A DNA stretch of 63,035 nucleotides, filler included, from Octopus bimaculoides (Eukaryota): assembly GCF_001194135.2 (NCBI RefSeq). It is 3 parts of 3 records of this genome, joined end to end, with 100 filler letters (N's around TTAATTAATTAA, not from the genome) between each part and the next. Parts side by side here need not be neighbours in the genome. Positions count along the whole stretch, not along the records: positions 54,842 to 63,035 come from NW_026371662.1; 2 more parts are not named here. The stretch is one strand, 5' to 3'. The notes under the pieces were generated by a model that made no database searches, had not been told where the DNA came from, and was given only the letters and a program-made list of their open reading frames with translations. Made by a program: the position numbers and the translations under genes. Below are positions 54,842 to 63,035 of the stretch, one piece after another; the stretch's first letter is position 1, and each line of letters starts with the position of its first letter.

Positions 54842-56170
54842 TGATACAATTCAAAATGAAATTTTAGAGGCATATGCTCATAACATTTTACATGAGATCA
54901 AAATAAAAGTAGAAAATTCCAGATTTATTGGCATTATATGTGATGGTACCACTAATTGCTCTGGCATGGAACAAGTATCAATCACTGTCCGGTACGTTTC
55001 TGAAGACCTGAATGTCAATGAGGATTTTCTACGTTTTTATAATCCCCCTGACTGCTCTTCGAAGACACTGACTAAGATTATTCTAGATGTTTTTTGTCAC
55101 CTAAACATTTCACTTGGCTCAAAGTTATGCTGTTTTTCATTTGATGGTGCAAGTACCATGAGTGGAAACATTTCAGGTGTACAATTGCGATTGAAAAATT
55201 TGTTTCCAGGTACATATTTTGTACACTGTGGAAACCACTCCCTAGACCTTGTCCTCCAAGAAGTTAGTTCTAAGGTTACCTTTGTAGCTGATGCATTGAA
55301 CTTTGTTTATCAATGCGCTAGTCTTGTAAAAGAGTCACCAAAAAGAAAAGCACAATGGACAAATCTTTGTGGTGAGAATGTCATCATGTTGCAAGCAGTG
55401 TGTCCAACTCGGTGGTGCATTAGAGCAACAGCACTGAAACGAGCAGAAACAATTATAAGAACATTCAAAATTTTTTACTTGACCTTCTTAATGACTTGTC
55501 GTTAAGAGCAACAACAAAGGCTACTGTTAATGGGCTGTTAAAACAATCTGGCAAAGCTTCCATTTTATTCGGCATTAAAATCACTGGGGATATATTTGGG
55601 GTATGTGAGCCAGTGGCACGTAGCTTACAGCGTCCANNNNNNNNNNTAGTGGCTGTCATCGAAAATGAATTGACTCGCTGGTTTCAGCAACAGGGAATAC
55701 GTGTATGCTCTGAGCAAGAGGAGTTGCTGTTGTCAGCAGTCACTTGTGGAGTATTTAACTTTGAAAATGCACATCTACCTGCTTCTTTTGATTTGCTCTT
55801 ACTATCATCTCAAATCAAACTTCTTGCTGGCCTATGGACGGAAATGAAAAAATTGCCTAAATCATTTAATGACGTAGTTGAAAAATGGAGAGCGTTTGAT
55901 GCTATTTTTCGTTCTAGTGTGCCACAAGTGTTGGTGTTAATGCAGCTTGTCTTGTCTTCACCTGTATCTGTTGCATCAAGCGAAAGAACATTCAGTGCAC
56001 TTCGTCATTTGAAGACCTGGCTCCGTACCACAATGACACAGCACCGTCTTACACATTGTGCCATAATGCATGTACATAAAATTATATACGATGAAAACAC
56101 TTTGCACATCCTCATGAAACGTTTCATTAACAAAACGTGTGAGCGTAGGAAAACTTTTGGAATATGTTGA
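54842..56170 (+). pseudogene. Frameshifted hAT transposase (Tip100/Zaphod, ZMYM1-like)
   Basis: IICDGTTNCSGMEQVSITVRYV, SFDGASTMSG, VHCGNHSLDLVLQE, CPTRW and SVASSERTFSALRHLKTWLRTTMTQHRL (dimerization domain). ORFs 54966-55505 and 55496-56170 are in different frames. Confidence 0.9.
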
Positions 56171-56199
56171 TACAGTTTTTTTTATATACGTGTGAACTA

Positions 56200-57245
56200 T
56201 GGAGTGATGCATAAACTCGGCTTACTTCCATTTTAACACTTCTTATAGCTTCATTATTTCTTTCTTGGTAAACTGACATTTGAATGTTCAGAGAAAACTT
56301 CAAAAGTAACTATTAGTGACTTCTCTTCAAGATGAATAAAATTTGGCATCATGCTGTTATCAAGTACCTGTAGAAAAAGGATTTAGTCCCTAAGAACATG
56401 TTGATATATCGGAGGATGATGCTCCAGTTTTATCAACAGTGCAAAACTGATTAACTGATTTGAGCAGATATAATTTTGAGAAGACTAATGATCTGAACAG
56501 TCTGCAACTGCCTTCACTGGACAAAAAAAGATAAATTGCCAGTGTTATTAGCATATCACGTGTGAGAGCTGAGAATATTCTACACAATAAATTTGGCATG
56601 ATGAAAGTTTCTGCTTGGTGGGTGTTGCTTCTTCTGACACCTGATTAAAAGGGCACCAGGCTGATCACATTTCGATGATATCTGACATTGCTTGAGGCAA
56701 ATCCAGTTTCCTTAAATGTGTTGGGTTTATCATTTTGAGTTAGAGAATAAGAGATAATCTAACAGTGGAGACACTCAACACTTACTCTAAAGGTAATCAA
56801 GATCGTTTAATCTGCAGGGAAGGTGATGACCTCAGTATTTCGGATTGCAAAAAGCATCGTGTTTATTGACTACTTTCAAAAGGCTCTCACCATCAATGGA
56901 GAGTGCTGTACTGTGCCACCTTTCTAAGGCAGTTGCGAAAGGCTATCAAGGCCAAACGCAAGGAAAACTGTCGAGTATGTTTTTCCTTCATCGAAACAAA
57001 TACTCCAATGCACAAGTAATTGGTTTCGATGGCTGCTGTGTGTGATTGGCTTCGGACTGCTAAGCCACCCACACTACTTTAGTGATTTGACCTCATCTTA
57101 TCTATATCCCCTACATATATATAAAAAAAATCCTCGGTTTGGAACCAATATCATAGTGATGATGTCTTATCAGCTGTTGAAAACTTGTTTAACTAACAGG
57201 ATAGCTTCTTTTCCAAGGCAATCGAAGCAATGAATCGCTGAAAGA
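56200..57245 (+). mobile_element. Decayed mariner transposon
   Basis: MNKIWHHAVIKYL, DDAPVLSTVQN, KVSAWWV..LLT and GKVMTSVF.DCK..VFIDYFQK.LTING remnants; many stops. Confidence 0.75.
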
Positions 57246-58453
57246 AGTATGCAGATAATCCTTTCTGTTTGATTTTCACTTTTCAATTGCGTCAATTTTA
57301 TTCCAATTTCAAAAATGTGTATTGTTCACATGAACTAAACCAACAGTATGTTTATCCAACATTTCACAAAACTTTATTAAAACTTCCATCGTTGAATGTC
57401 TTAACATTGTAATGTTGTTACCTTGTACANNNNNNNNNNNNNNNNNNNNNNNNNNNNNNNNNNNNNNNNNNNNNNNNNNNNNNNNNNNNNNNNNNNNNNN
57501 NNNNNNNNNNNNNNNNNNNNNNNNNNNNNNNNNNNNNNNNNNNNNNNNNNNNNNNNNNNNNNNNNNNNNNNNNNNNNNNNNNNNNNNNNNNNNNNNNNNN
57601 NNNNNNNNNNNNNNNNNNNNNNNNNNNNNNNNNNNNNNNNNNNNNNNNNNNNNNNNNNNNNNNNNNNNNNNNNNNNNNNNNNNNNNNNNNNNNNNNNNNN
57701 NNNNNNNNNNNNNNNNNNNNNNNNNNNNNNNNNNNNNNNNNNNNNNNNNNNNNNNNNNNNNNNNNNNNNNNNNNNNNNNNNNNNNNNNNNNNNNNNNNNN
57801 NNNNNNNNNNNNNNNNNNNNNNNNNNNNNNNNNNNNNNNNNNNNNNNNNNNNNNNNNNNNNNNNNNNNNNNNNNNNNNNNNNNNNNNNNNNNNNNNNNNN
57901 NNNNNNNNNNNNNNNNNNNNNNNNNNNNNNNNNNNNNNNNNNNNNNNNNNNNNNNNNNNNNNNNNNNNNNNNNNNNNNNNNNNNNNNNNNNNNNNNNNNN
58001 NNNNNNNNNNNNNNNNNNNNNNNNNNNNNNNNNNNNNNNNNNNNNNNNNNNNNNNNNNNNNNNNNNNNNNNNNNNNNNNNNNNNNNNNNNNNNNNNNNNN
58101 NNNNNNNNNNNNNNNNNNNNNNNNNNNNNNNNNNNNNNNNNNNNNNNNNNNNNNNNNNNNNNNNNNNNNNNNNNNNNNNNNNNNNNNNNNNNNNNNNNNN
58201 NNNNNNNNNNNNNNNNNNNNNNNNNNNNNNNNNNNNNNNNNNNNNNNNNNNNNNNNNNNNNNNNNNNNNNNNNNNNNNNNNNNNNNNNNNNNNNNNNNNN
58301 NNNNNNNNNNNNNNNNNNNNNNNNNNNNNNNNNNNNNNNNNNNNNNNNNNNNNNNNNNNNNNNNNNNNNNNNNNNNNNNNNNNNNNNNNNNNNNNNNNNN
58401 NNNNNNNNNNNNNNNNNNNNNNNNNNGGGCCACTGTATATATATATTTATATT

Positions 58454-58520
<67 letters not shown>

Positions 58521-58524
58521 ATCA

Positions 58525-58720
58525 AAGCAGGCGGTAATATTGTGGAAGTTGATAAGGCCATTTTCAGATTAAGCACAGCTAGGAGCTAGTTTGATGATTG
58601 CGTGGATATATCCAATTGCTGGCGAATCCTGCATATTAGTTTACACACCAACAGTGGAGCTATAACTTGTCTAGACGGCTCCCATATATTTGGTTCAAAT
58701 TACATTTATGCTGTTACATG
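58525..58720 (+). mobile_element. Possible Merlin/IS1595 (ISXO2-like) transposase remnant
   Basis: GGNIVEVDKAIF resembles GG..VEIDES.F; SNCWR resembles SDCWR. Short and very decayed. Confidence 0.35.
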
Positions 58721-59064
58721 AATCAAAAGTCAGCAAAAACTGCTGCTTAACGTAGTACTTCTCTAACATAAAAAATGATATGGATAACATTATAATGTTC
58801 GTGCACTCATAGGTAGCTTCCCATATATTTCATCAGATAACCCAGATATAGGGTACTTTCATTTGAAGATGCGTGCTTTGACGTGATAAAATTCTGTGTT
58901 GCTGGGAAAAGCTACGATCTCTCTGGTTTGAATTTGAATGTTATTTTGCTTAACAGTTTCAAAGAATGTTGTTCTAGACTGTCTTTTTTTTTATATATAA
59001 TTATATTATTTAAGTCTCTTTTATTTGTTTTGAAAAGTTTGTATTTTTCATTTATATTTTTCAG

Positions 59065-59866
59065 ATATTTCGTAACTGAGAAATCGTTACAAAAGGGAAA
59101 AATACAAATTTTGAAAGCATGTCTTGGTTGTAACTTTCGTAACACTTTTGTGGAAACATTACTTGACAGAGCACAGTCAGGATGCGAAATTTGTGAAGAT
59201 TTTTATCATTGTGTTAAAAACAATAAAAGTGTGCCGATGGTTAACAAATGCCTGCCACAATTACAAAATGTGTGTAATTCAGCTAATGTCAGAATTGCTA
59301 AAGTAATCCGCCTTGAAATGAATTTAGTACCCGAGTTATTACAGTCGGATTCGAACCTATATGTTGTACACCTTATGAGAGATCCACGTGCTATTTTGAG
59401 ATCCCGTTCAGAAATTCGTGCATATAGCATTTCGGAATATAAAAATGTAGCAAAAAAACTCTGTTCACAAATATATCATAATGCTATAAAAAATCTTGAA
59501 CTTAAGAAAATGCCACAGTTTAAAGAGAGAATAATGACACTTTTTTATGAAAATCTTAGCGAGAATCCTATTGCTGTTGCGAAGGATATGTACCATTTCC
59601 TTCACATTCCATTTACAGAAAATGTTCAAGAATGGATTCGCCAAAATATGCTAGGCAAAAATGTGGACAAACGTACATATTCGGTTAAAGCACGAAACGC
59701 TAAATTTCATTCTCTGGAATGGCGTTTAAAGATGTCGTATGATTTCGTCAAAAATGCGGATGAAACATGTTTAGATGTGTATAAACTGCTTGGGTATAAA
59801 GCGGCCAGAGATATTAACCATCTTCGGAATATTTCGGAGAGACTTTTTGATATAAATCGTTTCTAA
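59065..59866 (+). CDS. Terminal coding exon of a carbohydrate sulfotransferase-like protein (Sulfotransfer_1, CHST1/3/5-like)
   Basis: CLPQLQNVCNSANVRIAKVIRL, YVVHLMRDPRAILRSR (3'-PSB), LFYENLSENP..VAKDMYHFLHIPF, EWIRQN and W...M..DFV...DETC.DVYKLLGY. Pyrimidine-rich acceptor tttatatttttcAG at 59063-59064 implies a phase-2 intron. The 5'-PSB exon was not found. Confidence 0.85.
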
Positions 59867-61577
59867 TGTTGATTTTTAAAGAGCAAGGCCATCACCAGAC
59901 TTTAGTGCCTGGGGCTGCTTCAAAATAATCTGGGTGGGCACTAATTAGTAATAATGCTAAAGTGGAGTTTTGAAATTGTTATATGGACTGTTAGATATGT
60001 AATTCGTCTGACGTTCCGTGTGTCTATGTGGTTCGTCTGAGTTCATTGTTTCATTGTTGTTGTCTTGTGGGACTGTCGTAGTAAAATGTCATTGAGATAT
60101 ATATGGCGGACATGACTTTTGTTTATTCATAAAGAACATTGGGTGAGTGCGTTCTTTGTATGTAATTGAATAATAAATGTAATAATTAAATTTGTATAAC
60201 TCGTTGTGTTATCTCTGCGAGTCACCCGAGGGAAATACAACAGAAATAAATGTATCACTGTAAGGTTTTTCGACAATTTCGTCAATGAGCGGAGTCCTAA
60301 TCAAAGCACACCTGTCATAACTTTTAATTTTTTAACCTGTCATAACTTTTTAATTTTTTGGTATTTTCAGAAAAAAAATTGTGGATTAGTGTTCTATTCC
60401 GAGTAGTTTGTACGACTGCGCAATTTTTAAGAAAATTAATTAATTCCTTTTTTTAAAATCATAGTTTTACAATACGGACAGTCTTAATCGGCTATTTGTT
60501 TCTGTTTATAATTTCCAAATAATTTTCAGACAAAAAGATGTGTGATTTGGGAGATTTAGCTGGTGTTTCTAGCACACCCCACGACCATCTGGCACCTTCC
60601 TCATTTCTCTGTCACTGACATGTATTGATGTTTTTCAATATTTTTCTCTCCAAATACACATTTTTTGAACATGGAATGATGATGTGGAAGTGACACACAA
60701 GTTTTGTTTAGCCCAAAGATGGTCCATTGCTGGGATTTAAGTAAAAAGTAATTTTTTTTGTAATTTAAATCTTTAACACTCCCGCACCAAGTGAGTCCGT
60801 GTGTGTGTAAGAAGAAACATATTTGCTAACAAAAGTATGCTATTAAAATGAATTATCTTTTACATACGTTTTTAAAATCACAATGGATAAATCCCAACAG
60901 TCTCATGCTCTCCAATATCAATGTGATTGATACAGGTTAAGTCTAATTTGAGCATCCGTCAGGAGTGGGGTTGAAAACACTTTAATCGAAAAACATTTCT
61001 TTAATCGAAAAACAATTCTACGACATAGAATTTGTAGAACACAAATTGGCAAAAAGTTTCTGAAAATATTAAGATCTAAAAAGTTAAGCCCCTCTTCCCC
61101 TCCTCTAGTCGTGACTTTTTTACTTTTGACCTTTTACAAACATCTTTCAGAAGTGTTTTAAACATCAGAGATGTTGATTACACGAAAATGTTTGCCATCT
61201 TTGCCTCCTCAACTCTCCACTGTTTCAAAAGATGCATTAAGCTGTAATTTGTCAAGACGTATGGTTTAAGACTTTAAGGTTGCACTTTAGGGTTGTAATA
61301 TAGGTTTAATGGTTAGGGTTTAGATTAAATGAGGAAGAGGTGTTTGTGTAGATGGGATCAGAAGCAGTATTGATAAAGTGTAAAATAATGAATAAATATA
61401 TGTGTGTGTGTGTGTGTAAGTATGTGTGTGTGTGTTGACGTTTTTTGTTTTTGCTTTTTTCTTTTTAACCTTTCATTCAATATCACTTCTTCCTCTATTT
61501 TATTAGTTCCCTAGGGAAATTTTGATCAATCTCTTTAGTTCATCTGCTTTATTGTTTTAAAATTATTTTTCGTCCTG

Positions 61578-62799
61578 TTTTAAGAAAGCTTGTGCACAAA
61601 AGTACTCGGCTTTAGTGATGTTATGAAAATTGTTGTTCAATGTGTGAATTACATTTGTGCTCGATGACTAAATTATAGGCAATTTAAGGCTATCTTAGAA
61701 GAACTTGATTCGGATTATCCTAATGTTGTATACTTCTCTGCAGTGGGTTGACTCAGTAGAGCGGCTACTTTGAAAAGATTTTGGAATCTAAGAAAGGAGA
61801 TTGAATCATTAGTGATAAATAAACAAGATGACTAGTTAAATGACATTGCTTTCCTAACTGACATCACACAGCATCTTTCAGACTTAAATGCTAAACTGAA
61901 AAGTAAAAGCCAGCTGGTGAACAAGATGTTTGAACACATTTGTTCTTTTGAAAAGAAACTACAACTCTTTCAGACTCAGCTGAGAAGAACAGCACTCACT
62001 CATTTTCCAAGTCTAGCTATCAGAAAACAGAAATGTCAGATTTTAAGAAAGCTTGTGCTCAAAAGTACTCGGCTTTACTGATGTTATGAAAATTGTTGTT
62101 CAATGTGTGAATTACATTTGTTAGCAAATATGTTTCCAAATATGCTGAAAGTGTTGGCAGTTTGTGCGCTGAATTTTCCTTTTTGCTGATTTCAGCAAAA
62201 ATTTGCTGATTTCAGGAAATCTGAAACTGAGTTCAAGCTGTTTTCTCAGCCATTTGACATGGCACCTGAGGACAATCCTGATTGGTGTCAAATGGAGCTC
62301 ATACATTTGCAGTCTGATATGGACTTGAGAAGAGCATATGATAGCAATGACTTAGTAATTTTCTACAAAAATTATGTATATGGAAAACATTCAAATTTGG
62401 AGCAACATGCTAGGAAAATGACATCCCTTTTTGGCGGCACATATTATTGTGAGCAGTTCTCAAGAATGAAATTTACAAGAAGCGGATACCAAAGTCAGCT
62501 CACATGTGACCCATCAGCCTCGAGTTGCCACCACATCAGTCAAAGCGGACGCTGATAAATTGTGCAAAAGCACAAAATACCAAGTCTCACATTAATAAAA
62601 TTCTAATGTACTTCTATACACTAGAAGTAGATGTAAACTTAATTTTATTTGTCATTATTGTTTAAAAATGTATTCACAATGTATTCATGACTCAATGCGC
62701 TAGTTGCTATTAGATTACATATTTTTGACGGTGACTGGCCCGAATTGTTGTTCCAATGTTCGAAAGTGGCCCGCCAATGAAAAATGTTGCACACCTCTG
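61578..62799 (+). mobile_element. Decayed hAT (Charlie/Buster, GTF2IRD2-like) transposon, 3' part
   Basis: DVMKIVVQCVNYI, LSRAATLKRFWNLRKEI, IAFLTDITQHLSDLN.KL, QMELIHLQSD and LFGGTYYCEQFSRMK. Right TIR tgttgcacacctctg ends at 62799. Confidence 0.85.
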
Positions 62800-63035
62800 A
62801 TATAGAATATCAATAATAAAATATTAGACGCAAAAAGGAAAAAAGAAAAGATGCAATACAGTGAAAAAGTTTTTAAATCTCGTATCTTCCATCTTCCGTC
62901 TCTCATTTGCCATATACATAATGAACACTGTAAACGTGGCGGTGCTTTACCAGTAAGCTACCAGGTATAGGCCATTCGTTTTATTTTATACATACATAAT
63001 ACATACATACATACATACATACATACATACATGCA

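Overview
AT-rich, gap-containing animal genomic window. The repeat families and microsatellite load suggest a cephalopod such as Octopus (inference, not proven). The window is dominated by microsatellites, tRNA-derived SINEs, decayed non-LTR retrotransposons (RLE/R4-like, RTE, Penelope-like) and DNA transposon relics or MITEs (Tc1/mariner, hAT, Harbinger, possibly Merlin and piggyBac). The only convincing host gene segment is the 3' coding exon of a carbohydrate-sulfotransferase-like gene (59065-59866, +). Most ORFs in the track are microsatellite or N-gap artefacts. The most notable find is a ~354-bp repeat at 30.5-31.15 kb, present in tandem and inverted copies, carrying two minimal type-I hammerhead ribozyme motifs (candidate retrozyme or Penelope terminal repeat). 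Other points of interest: three retroelement families that each sit in a different microsatellite ((TAA)n, (CATA)n, (GATA)n); a 2-kb segment bounded by a perfect 51-bp inverted repeat; and a GGATC-ended fold-back element enclosing inverted telomere-like tracts, nested in a Penelope-like RT relic. All coordinates were read by eye and boundaries of decayed elements are approximate.
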